Part shown: positions 44,848-56,583 of the stretch, piece after piece
How the letters are laid out: each line of letters starts with the position of its first letter
Position numbering within the stretch: position 1 is the first letter of the stretch
IMG/VR virus record: IMGVR_UViG_2061766007_000288
DNA length: 64,000 nucleotides
Strand: one strand, 5' to 3'
Source: an uncultured virus (IMG/VR IMGVR_UViG_2061766007_000288)
Lineage: Duplodnaviria; Heunggongvirae; Uroviricota; Caudoviricetes
Translations under genes and position numbers: made by a program
Notes under the pieces: model-generated
Databases searched by the model: none
The model's input: only the letters and a program-made list of their open reading frames with translations
What the model was told of the DNA's origin: nothing

Positions 44848-46655
44848 CCTAAAATCTACCTAAACTTATCCAAAACTACTTAAATCTACAAGCATTTTAC
44901 CAACCTTTAGGTTGAAATTCGGCATAAAATTTGTACATTGTTATAAACTTGATGTATAGATGTTCGATGAATTAGTGGATTTCTTCATTGAACTATGACA
45001 AGAGACCATTTCCGATGGCTCGTTTGATGCTGAAATCCACTATAAGTATCGAACGAGCCATTTCTGTATTGTATGAGCAAGCACTGTTGGACATTGAAGG
45101 ATAGGTATGAATCGCAGTTCTCCGCTGCGTTTTATCCTATGCTTTTGTCCGACACGAAGCGAGCAGAAATCATCCACCGTGCTGAGGAAATCCGAGCCGT
45201 AAGGAACGACATATCCGAAGTGTTCTTCTCGGACATGCTAGGTTTCCAAGACATGACGAAGTTTGAAGCGTTCAACTTCTTCAATCCGACCTTCACCACT
45301 CGGCTATCCAGCCACTACTTGAAGAAGGCCATCGAGGATGTCTGGAAGGCATACCAATTACGGTTCGACGCAATTCGCAAGAAGATTGAGTTTGCCAAGG
45401 TTGACGAATTAGTACCATCCTTTTACAAGATAAATGTCAAGGGACATAAGAAAGGCGACCTTAAATCCGTTGAAGTTCGCACAAAGAAGACAGAACTTAC
45501 CAAAGTGCTGACTTGGCTTGCACGATACGGCAAGGATGAAACTGTCTACTGGCTGGCATCTGCTATTCCTACCGCGCAAGAATCCAAGCAGAAGTTCTAC
45601 CGAACGATACTGGATAAGATACGCAAGTTCGGATTTGATCGCCTAATGCGGCTGGCTATGTCTAAGAGAACCACTGTATTCACCGAATACGAGAAGCGGG
45701 GGAAGATTACCTTTGAATCGCTTACATTCAGTGGTCGGAGCCGTATCAAGCGTCCTATTGTTGATGCTAGAAGAAATGAAACCGGAAAGTTCGACTATTT
45801 CATCGAGATTTCCTGGGATTGGTATGACCAAGGATATCGTGGCGACAGCAAGAAGACGCTATGTATGCCGTTCAAGTACAATAAGGCATACCACCGTTCA
45901 TTGAACCGCTACTGCAACGGGACTGACACTTCCTATACTATGGTTGTTAGAGGCAAGGACATACATATAGTTATCGCCCGTGACGGCTACCGATACAAGA
46001 ATAATGATGAAATTACCGAAGAAAATACCGTCGGTATAGATGTCAATTCCAAGCACAATATGTTTGCATTGAGTACCGGGGAGTTCATCCCGAACGACGA
46101 TGCCTTAATTGACGACCTTGAAACCGAATTGCTCAAGATAGACCAGAAACAGAAGAACTACAATGCTCGGTTTGCCAAGGACGAAGAGCACGATGCGTTC
46201 AAGATTTCCAAGACGGACAAGAAACGGATTGAAGCAATAACCTTGAAATTGAACGAGTCCAACAAGCGAGCCATTGTACTGCTCTGTCAGACATTCGCTG
46301 CCAATGGAATCAAGCACATAGCAATGGAGAACCTTGATGGTTTCCAAGGAAGCAAACTTCATTCCGAGGACAGTAAAGGATTTAATCTAGGTAGGTTGCA
46401 TCTGCGGACTGGGCTTTCCTCCCTGAAGGATGAGTTCATCCATATTGCACCCAAGTACGGCTTGCTAGTATCGCTTGTGCAAGCCGAATACACATCTAAG
46501 ATGTGTGGTCACTGCGGCTGTATAGATGACCGCAACCGTCAGACACAAGAAGAATTTTGCTGTGTGGAATGCGGACATTCCGAGAATGCCGATATACACA
46601 GCTCGAAGAACATTAAATTTCGCCTTACCTCGACCGTGTTAAGAGGGAACCTGCT
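44832..46655 (+). mobile_element. tnpB: IS607-like element with long TnpB (CDS from 45073, truncated at gap)
   Basis: GGG|TTATCAACAG left end; four 10-nt repeats (AAAATCTACC/TAAACTTATC/CAAAACTACT/TAAATCTACA); GIDVN, AMENL, Zn finger, NADIH. Confidence 0.82.
44962..45061 (+). ncRNA. kissing-loop leader RNA, copy B
   Basis: Loop TAGTGGATTTC (44973-44983) is complementary to loop GAAATCCACTA (45032-45042). Confidence 0.82.
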
Positions 46656-46703
46656 NNNNNNNNNNACAAAGAAGAAACCGATAAAAACAAACGGGCCCAT
46701 ACA

Positions 46704-48428
46704 TCAAAATCCTGTGGTTGCGGTGACCGGGAACGGCCTGACATATTCAATTTCCTGCAGCTCGATGAGTACGTGCTGCGGCTTGTCGTACTTGTTGAGT
46801 ATGACGATGTTTTGTTTCATTTCGTTTACAGTATATTCCTGCTCGCCGAAACGGAGCTCGTAGGCCGATGAACCCTCACCCCGCTCTATATCCCAGTCGG
46901 ATGCCCAGAAAATCCGGGTTTCGCCCTTCGCACGGACATTGACAAATACGTCAGTGCCGTTGTCCATACTGTTCCTGATTATCTGGACGGTATTAGGCTG
47001 CACATCAAACGAAAATCTTGGCATCGCTTACCCGTTGTAGAGAGAATTGATATCCACCGGCGCGTAGTCGATGATAATCTTGTTGCCCCGGAACACGGCA
47101 TTGACCAGGAAGTAGGTCTTGGTTTCCCTGGGCTTCTCCTTCATGGCCGCACTCATGACCTCGTCGCGGAACTTCTCGTACAGGACATGGGATGTTCCCG
47201 AAAATAGGGACGGCTCGCCGTTTTCCAGCTTGTCCAGGGTGCTTAGGAACCTGGTCTCCACGATGAAGGAGTTGTTGTTCAGGCATACCACTTCCGTATA
47301 AGGATTGTAGTGCTTGTAGTCCCAAAACGTTAAGAATGCCGGTACCCCAACTAGCAGGATGGCGATGACGATAAAAACGATTGCTTCGACTGTCATAAGA
47401 TTGTCTCCGTTGCCATAAAACTAGCCTTTTGTTGCCATCTTGTCAATACTTTACTACATTTTGGCCATGAAAGTTATCGAACCACCATTGGCAGGCATCT
47501 GCCAGGACATGATTGACTGCATCGGGAACAAGGATGCCGAACCGGAAATCGTGACATTCTTCTACCGGATGCAGCAGCTGTACTTGAAGGGATGGCGCGA
47601 ATGCGGTTTCTGCAAGGGAACCGGGAGAATCACGACCGTCTATCCAAACAAGTGGGGCGCCAAGGAAACCGTCGAGCACTCATGCCTTACATGCAAGGGC
47701 CTTGGTTTCTACGACTTCAACGCGATGGTCAGGGAAGCCGAAGAACGCCGTAAGAAATGGATGGAGGAAGAATAGATGGAAAAGAGCGAAACCAAGTTCA
47801 TCATCGTGAACTACAGGCGCGACCAGGCGGTGCAGAACTGGTCATTCGCCGACAAGAAGCACATCATCTACTGCAACAGCGCCGAATGGGCGATGAAGTT
47901 CGCCGACAAGGCGGGCGCCAAGCGCACCCTGGACTACCTGAGGAAGAACTTCCCCGGCCAGGACCTCAGCATCGTAGAGGCGACATTCTACTCCGACGTT
48001 ACGTTCAAGGAGGTAAAATGCTAGTATTCTTCGAAATTATAGGAATCATCGGTGGCGCCATCGCACTCACGGTTGGCATCATGCTTCTCGCGAAGTTCAT
48101 CTATGACAGTTTCATCAACTCGCGCCGTCACCGTATCAAGGTAATCGCCACATATCGCCGTGACTACCCCAAGATGCACCTGTACAGCGTGGATCCTACC
48201 GATGGCATGTTCGGGCCCCCGTTCCTGCATTCCGACCCGGACAAGGGGTACAAGTTCCGCGCATACAGCATCTACCATGCTGCCGAACGTTACTTCAAGA
48301 GCTACCGCCGGCGCAACAAGGAAATGTCCGACCACGAGGACAGCGCCAGTCACGAGTGCAAGCCCATGTGGGCACACCTGCGCGTGAAGGACATGACAAC
48401 CGGCTTTACATATTACCTCGGAAGATAG
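46704..48428. other. small hypothetical genes (46704-47024 -, 47028-47396 -, 47467-47775 +, 47776-48024 +, 48018-48428 +)
   Basis: Divergent promoters near 47415-47460; the 47467 ORF has CxxCxGxG Zn motifs. Confidence 0.6.
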
Positions 48429-48476
48429 CATAGTTGCCACTTCCACTCACGTTCCTGCATTCCGACCCGGATAAGG

Positions 48477-50466
48477 GGTTGCCAACAGTGAGCATAAAAT
48501 CGATCTAAATTTCCCAAAATCTACCGAAATCTACACACATTTTTCTACAACAATATCTTGACAACCGGTAAACATTTTTATATATTGTTATAAACTTATG
48601 GTATACTGTTCAATGAATTAGTGAGATTCTTCATTGAACTGGCAAGGTCATTTTAGATGGCTCGTTTGGAATTGAATCTCACAATAAGTTCCTTACGAGC
48701 CATTATTTTTGTATGAGCAAGCACTGTTGGACATTAGGCAATAGGTTCGAGTCGCAGTTTTCCGCTGCGTTCTATCCTATCATGTTGTCCGACACGAAGC
48801 GGACTGAAATCATACATAGAGCTGAAGAAATACGTGCCGTTCGGAACGAGATATCGGAGGTATTTTTCTCCAACATGCTCGGCTTCCAGGACATGACGAA
48901 GTTCGAGGCGTTCAACTTCTTCAATCCCACCTTCACGGACAGGATGTCCAGCCACTACTTGAAGAAGGCCATCGAGGATGTATGGAAAGCCTACCAGCTT
49001 AGATATGATGCCATCCGCAAGAAGATTGAATTTGAACTTGTCGGGAAACTTATACCATCGTTCTACAAGATAAATGCCAAGGGGCACAAGAAAGGCGACC
49101 TGAAGTCGATAGAACGGCATGCAAAGAAGACGGAACTGACCAAGGTGCTTACCTGGCTTGCCAGGTATGGAAATGACAACAGCGTATATTGGCTTGAATC
49201 GAAGATCCCTACCGTAGATGAATCCAAGCAGAAGTTCTACCGTACCATCCTCCGTTGTATTAGTAAGTTCGGGTTCGATCGCCTAATGCGGCTAGCTTTA
49301 TCCCGTAGAGAAACAGTATTTGGCGAGTATTCTTCCCGTGGCAAGATTACATTCGAGTCGCTCGCTTTCAGCGGCAGAAGCCGAATTAAAAGACCTATCG
49401 TAGATGCCAGAAGGAATGAAACTGGCAAGTTCGACTACTATATCGAGATTTCTTGGGACTGGTTCGATGATGGCTATCGTGGCGATAGCAAGAATACGAT
49501 GTGCATTCCGTTCAAGTACAACCGCGCATATCACCGTGCATTGCAAAGGTACTGCAACGGAACAGACACCTCATATACTATAGTTATCCGTGGCAACGAC
49601 ATCCACTTCGTATTGGCCAGGGACGGATACCGTTACAAGCACGATGAGGAAATTACCGAGGAAAATACTGTCGGAATAGACGTGAACTCCAAGCACAACA
49701 TGTTCGCATTGAGTACCGGTGAGTTCATTCCTCACGATGAAGCGTTGATTGCCGACCTCGAAGATGCACTGGTGAAAGTCGATGCCAAGCAGAAGGCGTA
49801 TAATGCTAGGTTCAAGAAGGACGAAGTTCATGATGCCTTCAAGATTTCGAAGAAGGACAAGAACCGCATCGAGGCAATCACTACGAAGCTGAACGAGTCC
49901 AACAAGCGTACCATTGCCAACTTATGCAAGCAGCTTGCAGAACTCGGCATCAGGCATATCGCCATGGAGAACCTCGATGGTTTCCGGGGACGCAAGCTTC
50001 ATTCGGAAGACAGTAAAGGATTTAATCTTGGACGGTTGCATCTAAGGATTGGACTTTCCTCACTGAAGGATGAGTTCATCCACATTGCACCCATGTACGG
50101 CTTGCTGGTTTCGCTTGTACAGGCCGAGTATACATCCAAGATGTGCGGTGAATGCGGTTGTATCGACGACCGTAACCGCCAGACCCAGGAAGAATTTTGC
50201 TGTGTGGAATGCGGGCATTCAGAGAATGCCGACATCCATTCAGCCAAGAACATTAAATTTCGCCTTACCTCGACCGTGTTAAGAGGGAACCTGCTAGTTC
50301 TAGCGGGGGATAGCGAATACAGGCACTTCATTCCGAAAGGAAACTTGCCTAGGTGGCGAGTAAAGAAGTTCCTGGAAAAATGCCGTTGCGATGGCCTGTT
50401 CAAACGGGCCATAGGAAATCACGAAAGACTTACCGTGAGTAAGTTTGAGTAGATTTCGGTCAACGG
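48477..50466 (+). mobile_element. tnpB: complete IS607-like non-autonomous element encoding 579-aa TnpB (48713-50452)
   Basis: Left end GGGG|TTGCCAACAG with 10-nt repeats; right end carries inverted copies (GTAAGTTTGAGTAGATTTCGG) and ends TCAACGG; RuvC D/E/D intact; no tnpA. Confidence 0.85.
48608..48703 (+). ncRNA. kissing-loop leader RNA, copy C
   Basis: Loop GTGAGATTC (48621-48629) is complementary to GAATCTCAC (48674-48682); compensatory relative to copy B. Confidence 0.82.
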
Positions 50467-50621
50467 TGCAGATGGTGCTTGGATATCCGTTTACCTATCT
50501 TGGACACCTTTATGACGTCGTCTATGATTTTCTTCTTGGCCTGCTCGGATTCTATGTCAGACATGTCTGTCATGGCTTTTCCTTGTAACGGTCGAGGTCG
50601 CCTCGCAGATANNNNNNNNNN

Positions 50622-50684
50622 GCAAGCCATAGAAAATCAGCAAGTATCTACCACTGGTAGATTTTGTTAGATTTTTGTCAACGG
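50622..50684 (+). mobile_element. orphan right end of another IS607-like copy
   Basis: GCCATAGAAAATCA...GGTAGATTTTGTTAGATTTTTGTCAACGG aligns with 50408-50466. Confidence 0.75.
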
Positions 50685-51069
50685 TACATAAACCGGGCGT
50701 TCAATGTACAGGAGGTACATCTTGGAAATGCCGGGCATATCCCAGGTCAGTATTTCATCTTCGTTGGCAAAATTCATCGGGCTGACACTCCACAAAGGTT
50801 AAACACACTTATGATGAACTCAGCAACTTTCCGCGTGTCCATCGTCTTGGCAACCGTGCACCCCTCACCCTCGATAGAATTCTGGATCCACACATCAAGC
50901 AACGGACTCATTTCGCTTTCAACAATAATTGCAACGGCATTTGTCACCTGTATGTGAAGACGATTTGAACCGACACTCATGCGATTGTTGTCAGAATCAA
51001 ACGCTTCCCTAACGGAGGTCGCTTCCATGATGGCTTTGGCCAAATCGCTAATTCTGGTATCTTCCATGT

Positions 51070-51642
51070 CTAATCCTTGTACAGCTGGTACTTCTTGCTC
51101 AGTGTGTGGCTCACATCGTCCGGAAGGGGCTTGAACCAGATGCCCACGCGGCACCGGCCCACGCCATTCTCGTCCGTAAATTCCGGTGTCAGGTCTGTCT
51201 TGCAAACATCGTCAATGAAGCCGTAGTCGGTACCTTCTTCCAGGCCAACCTTCTTGGCCACTTCCACCACCTTCATGAGGTGGTTCAGGTTCTTCGCCTC
51301 GCAGATGGTCTTGGTAAAGATATCGTTGATATACCCGTCCCAGATTTCCTTCGGGATTTCCACCGATACGGTCTTGGATGGGCGAGAATACTCGGCCTTG
51401 ACAGTAAATTCACTGTCCCCGCGTTCAAGCGCCTCATTGGCAGCCTTGTAAATCTGCGGGGCCCGATAGATAATCGGCCTGTCATCCAGACCATATACGG
51501 GAAGCGTGTCGAACTCGTTATCCCGGACATACCCGTGGGTGAGCAAGTTCATCCAGTAGCATTCGGCACAGTGGCCGACCATGGCCGCAAGCTTGCCGGG
51601 GTGAAGGTTCAAATCTTTCCGAATGATGAAAAGTCTTCTCAT
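51070..51642 (-). CDS. pth2: peptidyl-tRNA hydrolase, Pth2 type
   Basis: IIRKDLNLHPGKLAAMVGH...FTKTICEA...FIDDVCKTDL...VGIWFKP. Confidence 0.75.
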   Translation of the reverse strand: MRRLFIIRKDLNLHPGKLAAMVGHCAECYWMNLLTHGYVRDNEFDTLPVYGLDDRPIIYRAPQIYKAANEALERGDSEFTVKAEYSRPSKTVSVEIPKEIWDGYINDIFTKTICEAKNLNHLMKVVEVAKKVGLEEGTDYGFIDDVCKTDLTPEFTDENGVGRCRVGIWFKPLPDDVSHTLSKKYQLYKD

Positions 51643-51928
51643 AATGCAGTTCCCTTGTCCAGTTTCTCCATCTGCGCCTTCAACCAGTCCACCTCGGCAA
51701 CCGAGGCGCCAGGAGGGCACAGGTCGTCGATAGCGGCAGCCGTGTCAGCCCAGGTACGGTTAGGTTCCAGGTACGGTTTAGGGTACCCGGTAATCGTGTC
51801 TACCCTCAGCAGTTCTTCCAGCCGTTCCTTGACAACATCGTCGAGATTGGAATCCCAGATGATGTCCAGGGCCTTCTCGGCATTCTCATAGTATTCATCC
51901 CAGTTGATGGGACAGATGGACATTTCGC

Positions 51929-52495
51929 CTACCATATAAAGCCCATCTTGCCAAAGAAGTTATTCCGCACATTGTCCAGCGTCTTGTCTAGCTGGTTATG
52001 GGTGAGAATCTGGTCAACATGGGTAATACGGAGGTCATTCCCGGTCTGCGTATATATGGACAGTTGCTTCTTGCCGCTAGGTACACCGTACTTGTCACTT
52101 TCGGCCACCCGGAGCATCTTGCCCTTTACCGAGACGAACCCGTTGCCGATGCCGGTAACCTTCTCCACCTTGGTAATGGTGAAATTTTCCTTGATTATCG
52201 GCCCTTCGCCAATCATCATGGACTCGCGGTCATATTCCAGGACCCACTTGTCACGGTAGAAATCGTCGAGCTCCTTGATGCGGGCAGACTCGTCATCCTT
52301 CGATACGGAACGGTAGTGCTCCTCGGCTTCGCGCAGTGCCTCTCGGGCACGGTCGAGGGCCTTGCGGGCCTCCACCTTCTCCGGGTTCACCTTGGCGAGA
52401 CGGTTCGACTTAACGGGAACCACCTCCCCGTCGGGGGAGGTGAAGGTAACTGTGTCCTTTCTGAACAGATCGTTCAACGGACCGAGCTTGCTCAT
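51929..52495 (-). CDS. hypothetical protein
   Basis: Overlaps the pncB stop; GGAGG RBS. Confidence 0.65.
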   Translation of the reverse strand: MSKLGPLNDLFRKDTVTFTSPDGEVVPVKSNRLAKVNPEKVEARKALDRAREALREAEEHYRSVSKDDESARIKELDDFYRDKWVLEYDRESMMIGEGPIIKENFTITKVEKVTGIGNGFVSVKGKMLRVAESDKYGVPSGKKQLSIYTQTGNDLRITHVDQILTHNQLDKTLDNVRNNFFGKMGFIW

Positions 52496-53772
52496 TGGCA
52501 CACCTCCTGCACCTCGTCGATAGACCTATAATTAAATGCCCGTTTCACTTCCTCAATGCGGCTTTCATCCGGACACATTGTCTTGCCAAGCGAATCAGAC
52601 AACTTGACCGCCCATTTCCATGGATCATTTTCGCATTCCTTAACACGGGTCACCTTCATGACCATGGACAATGGCTTACGTTTAATCTCACTCTTGAATG
52701 CCAAAATAGATGCGCATAGGAAAGTACCAATGCCAAACGCAATTTTCAACCTCAGATTGAAATGTTCAGCAATAGAAATTGCCGTATCAGCATCGAGACT
52801 ATCACTCCAGCATCCAATCTTAGTTGCCGGATCAATACCAAGTTTTCGATAGTGGGCAATTAGCATCTCGCCCCAAGTATATGGATTACCGGAATCATGA
52901 CGGCATCCGTCAAACAACTTAGCGAAATACTTATCAAAATCGCGCAGGAAAGCATGGAAACCATAGTTATCACTCAATGCAATACCAAGATCTCCACGAT
53001 ATTCCTTAGTCCAGTCATCCAATACTACAGCCTGTGACTTATGGAGTGGAATATCATCAATACCTTGATACACTGCATACAGTTCGTGCGCGAATGTCCC
53101 GATAGCCTTACATCCGAGCTTAATGGCAAGGTACACATTGGATGTACCAACAAACACACCAGGCAGTTCCTTCAATAGTGTGGATACCATGTACTCGTTC
53201 CACTCATCAGAGATGCCGCGGCGGATACCGAAGTCACTGACGGTAAACTTGATCCCTCGATTGATAGCCGACTTCCATTTGGCAATTACTGCATCAAGGT
53301 TCTTCTTGGAAGTCTCCCAGTCAATCTCAAGATCATCAAAATAAAGGTGTTGCACAATTTGAAGCACGTAGATTTCAAACCAGAATACCTGAAGTTGAGG
53401 TCCCTCGGCCCATATTTTAATACCACATTCTTCATTCGGATCCAAGATGCAATGAATATATTTGCGCTTAAGCTGGAAATCTTCCAGATACTCAATCCAA
53501 TCATTCGCAAGCCAAGGCATCACTGCACGAATTCCGTCCAGTTCCCATTGAGTATATGTCAACGTGCAAAGGTGGTCTAATTCTGCATTGATATAATCAG
53601 TCAGATGTGCAACGTTCACGTTCTTGCTGCGAATCTTGAAATCCCATCGGGCGCGAGCATTTGGGTGCTTATGTAAATAAAGCTGTCCCATTGAGTATTT
53701 GTAGCAATCAATGGCAGTTAAATAATTGATAATGTGATGTTCCGGATGTAGTCTCTTGTAAGCAGTTTTCAT
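52492..53772 (-). CDS. pncB: nicotinate phosphoribosyltransferase
   Basis: DCYKYSM, DFGIRR, GTSNVYLA, IGTFAHE, ALSDNYG, RHDSGNP, SDSLD, FGIGT and KLSDSLGK motifs. Confidence 0.92.
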   Translation of the reverse strand: MKTAYKRLHPEHHIINYLTAIDCYKYSMGQLYLHKHPNARARWDFKIRSKNVNVAHLTDYINAELDHLCTLTYTQWELDGIRAVMPWLANDWIEYLEDFQLKRKYIHCILDPNEECGIKIWAEGPQLQVFWFEIYVLQIVQHLYFDDLEIDWETSKKNLDAVIAKWKSAINRGIKFTVSDFGIRRGISDEWNEYMVSTLLKELPGVFVGTSNVYLAIKLGCKAIGTFAHELYAVYQGIDDIPLHKSQAVVLDDWTKEYRGDLGIALSDNYGFHAFLRDFDKYFAKLFDGCRHDSGNPYTWGEMLIAHYRKLGIDPATKIGCWSDSLDADTAISIAEHFNLRLKIAFGIGTFLCASILAFKSEIKRKPLSMVMKVTRVKECENDPWKWAVKLSDSLGKTMCPDESRIEEVKRAFNYRSIDEVQEVCQ

Positions 53773-54659
53773 GTTATTTTTAGCTCCGTCACTTTTCTGT
53801 AAAGCTCGCTTTGTTTGAGTTCCTTTACTTGTTCGTTTGATATGTTGTGTTTGCATAGGTAATCCTCCGTAAAAGTTTCAAATAAATCCCATAATTTATA
53901 TCCATCATAAGTATGGTCATATGAAGTGTGAAACCGAATTGCTCCAACCATTCCACGATAATCTCGCAACTCCTTTGTAATAGGGTCCCTGAATAACCCA
54001 TACTTGGAAATTTTCCAATGTAATTCCCATGCATCATTTTGGTATTCAGGTAATTTGATTCCCTTAATAAAAACATTACGCATTGATGCCCTTATTAAAG
54101 ATCTAGTACCAACCCCATATCGTTTAGAAATATTCTGGACAGACTCAACAGTAACTATTGGCTCTCTGCCATCCTCAAATATAATTTGATGTGCTTGCTT
54201 TAATCTATGATGTTCAGATAAGTGCTTCTTATGTTCAGCACTCTTGGGCTTACCAGCATTCGACATGGATATGCGACGCTTAGTATCGATTGAGTGTCTA
54301 TATCCTCGTTGTTTTCTAGTAATGGCACTTTTCCGGCAACTCTCCGGTGTAGCACCACCTTCACCCCCTGGACTTATATTATACCCATTTGGACAAAGCG
54401 TGTTAAAAAACTTAATGTAATAAATTTCACGTTCCGAAACAACATGATGTTTTTCATCGTCGTCTATATACTCAACAATTTCCTTCTTGAATGCATCCTT
54501 ACCGTATTTCTTGATTGCATCCTGAATTGCAATACCACCGCCAAGATATCTACGCAAACTCTCTGGCTGTTTGGGCACCTTATGCTGCCCAATGTAGCAC
54601 TTACCGTTTAGCATATTAGTGAGTTTGTAAATGTAGTATTGCATTCTGTTAGGTTCCAT
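53769..54659 (-). CDS. free-standing GIY-YIG homing endonuclease with NUMOD3-like repeats
   Basis: YIYKLTNMLNGKCYIGQH, NGYNISPGG, HSIDTKRRIS...KSAEHKKHLS; AT-rich. Confidence 0.88.
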   Translation of the reverse strand: MEPNRMQYYIYKLTNMLNGKCYIGQHKVPKQPESLRRYLGGGIAIQDAIKKYGKDAFKKEIVEYIDDDEKHHVVSEREIYYIKFFNTLCPNGYNISPGGEGGATPESCRKSAITRKQRGYRHSIDTKRRISMSNAGKPKSAEHKKHLSEHHRLKQAHQIIFEDGREPIVTVESVQNISKRYGVGTRSLIRASMRNVFIKGIKLPEYQNDAWELHWKISKYGLFRDPITKELRDYRGMVGAIRFHTSYDHTYDGYKLWDLFETFTEDYLCKHNISNEQVKELKQSELYRKVTELKIT

Positions 54660-54681
54660 CAATTACAAAACACGAGCGCAC

Positions 54682-55128
54682 TCAACTCCAGTCACCAACC
54701 AGGTAATCATATCCCAACCCCCAGTTGATCTTGTTCAATTCCTTATATTCCACGTATCCCCTTTCATCGGCCCTGACCTCTGGAAGATGCCGTCGCAAGT
54801 GGGTCTCCTTGTCCCATTCGTCCTCGGGTATCTCGGGGAGACGGCGTTTCAAGCCGGAATACTTGTGTTCCGGTGACAGCTTCCCACGTTCGGTCACAAT
54901 GGACAGCATTTCTTCCTTGGAAACCTTGTTCCCGTATTCATCCACGATGACAAAGGGACGGGAGGACCAGAGGACCTTCCAGTCTTCCAGGTTCTCCGCG
55001 ATACCGGGGACCACATGGAGCGAGAATGACCATCCATAGCTGGACTTCCCGATATGGAGACCAAGGTCGGAACGGTCAAACCGGTTGTCCTTATAGTTCT
55101 TCTTCCTGAGATAGTAGTTGGTTCCCAT
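54682..55128 (-). CDS. conserved phage hypothetical protein
   Basis: MGTNYY...LHIGKSSYGWSF...IVDEYG pattern. Confidence 0.65.
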   Translation of the reverse strand: MGTNYYLRKKNYKDNRFDRSDLGLHIGKSSYGWSFSLHVVPGIAENLEDWKVLWSSRPFVIVDEYGNKVSKEEMLSIVTERGKLSPEHKYSGLKRRLPEIPEDEWDKETHLRRHLPEVRADERGYVEYKELNKINWGLGYDYLVGDWS

Positions 55129-55130
55129 AA

Positions 55131-56583
55131 CTATGCCTTCAATAAGCCAAAGAACGTCTTCATTTCCTTCTTGGCATCGTTGACGAACACCGCCTGGTAC
55201 ACTTCGTAGCCCTCGCGACGGTTGATTGCATCCAATACCCAGTCCCACTTCTCCTTTACCAGCAGTTCGATTGGTTGGCTGTACTTCATGAACGGGGTGC
55301 GCAAGATGATCATGAACGGGGTGCGCAAGATGAAGAACGGGCTAATGTCATGGGTCGCATCCTGCAGTTCACCGATATTATTGAACTTCTCGCCGCGTTC
55401 CACATGGTACATCTTGTGCCAGTATCCCTTATTGTCCTTCTCGCCGATACCGGACAGGAGGCTCCTGGAAGACTCGCTCCACGCATACAGGTTCAGCGCG
55501 AGCTTCATGATCCGGCGCCACCTCATCTTTTTCTTCAAGTCATTCTTGTAGATGAGTTTCGCCAGTTTCAGTTCGCGCTTTACGACATCCTGGAATGCCT
55601 TGCTGCTGCTTACCTTCAATCCGTCCCTGAGGGCATGGATTTCGGCAACTGACTGGTTCTGCCACTCGGCAATGCGGCGAAGTTCTTCCCTCGCGTGCTT
55701 ACCGGCATAATAATAGCCTTCCTTGGAAATATATTTCAAAGCCTTCTCGATTTCGTTAATCCTCGGTTCCATTCCGTACCCCCTCATCGTATAACGAGTA
55801 AAAGTTGGTTCTCACTGCACCAATCTGGATAGCGCCTTCAAGACGCCATGAATCGACGCCAATCAGCTTGTTAAGATGTGCCCGGTATTCATCGGTCAGG
55901 AATTCATCGAACATGTCGGTCGGAGGCGTGCCCATGACCATCTTCTTCATGCACATTCCGGCAAAGCACTGGGCTGCCATCATCAGGTCGCAATCGCCCG
56001 GTCGGAGAAGCTGCTGGTTGATAATCTCCACAATCTGGTGGGAAACCGCAGCATGACTTTCCCTTGATATGATTTCGTGAACATGACGGTTGAGCACATC
56101 TTCCATCAGTTCAAGACGAGCATGGAACAACTCGCATTTAAGGTGTTCCATCATGTCCATGGTGTGCTTCTCGGTCCAACACTTGTCCAAGTCGGGCAAC
56201 CCGCTGTCATAGGTCAGATGTCCACCGCACTTCTCGTACACAACATGAAGTATATTGCTATTATCCCGGTTGAACGGGGTAAGAATTTCATTTACGAAAC
56301 GTTCCAGATTCTCGTTGTATTCACGGGGGGTGAATTGTGGAATTGCCAGAGGAACCACGTTGCACACATCGTAATGGCCGGTTTCCAGGTCAACCTTCAT
56401 GGAAACGTCAAACCCGTCGCCGCTGCCCTGGTTCCAGCGGAAAAACAGGTACTTAATGTCCTGAAATTCATCGGTGCGGACGGCCCACGGGTCCTTTTTG
56501 AGCTTGATTGCCCAGTGATAAAACTCTCTTTCCTGCCCATCGAATGCCGTGCATTTTACGTTATCAAATTCCCAATCGGCCAT
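55131..56583 (-). other. two hypothetical CDSs (55756-56583, 55131-55772)
   Basis: Co-oriented; the second carries a perfect 24-bp tandem duplication at 55286-55333. Confidence 0.6.

Noticed and set aside
48433..48488. GTTGCCA-flanked segment as a mini CRISPR repeat-spacer-repeat
   Set aside because: The shared part is only 7 nt and matches the common -35 motif and the IS left end.
48477..48712. IStron (group I intron) in the IS607-like left ends
   Set aside because: Only about 235 nt separate the left end from the ATG, and repeats, promoters and two hairpins account for them. No group I core is evident.
44832..50466. Calling the 580-aa RuvC proteins Cas12f/type V CRISPR effectors
   Set aside because: No repeat-spacer array or cas genes are visible. 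The 10-nt repeats are IS-end-like and the genes are bounded by transposon-type ends.
55286..55333. Perfect 24-bp tandem repeat
   Set aside because: It is an in-frame 8-codon slippage duplication within a CDS, with no sign of an array or regulatory role.
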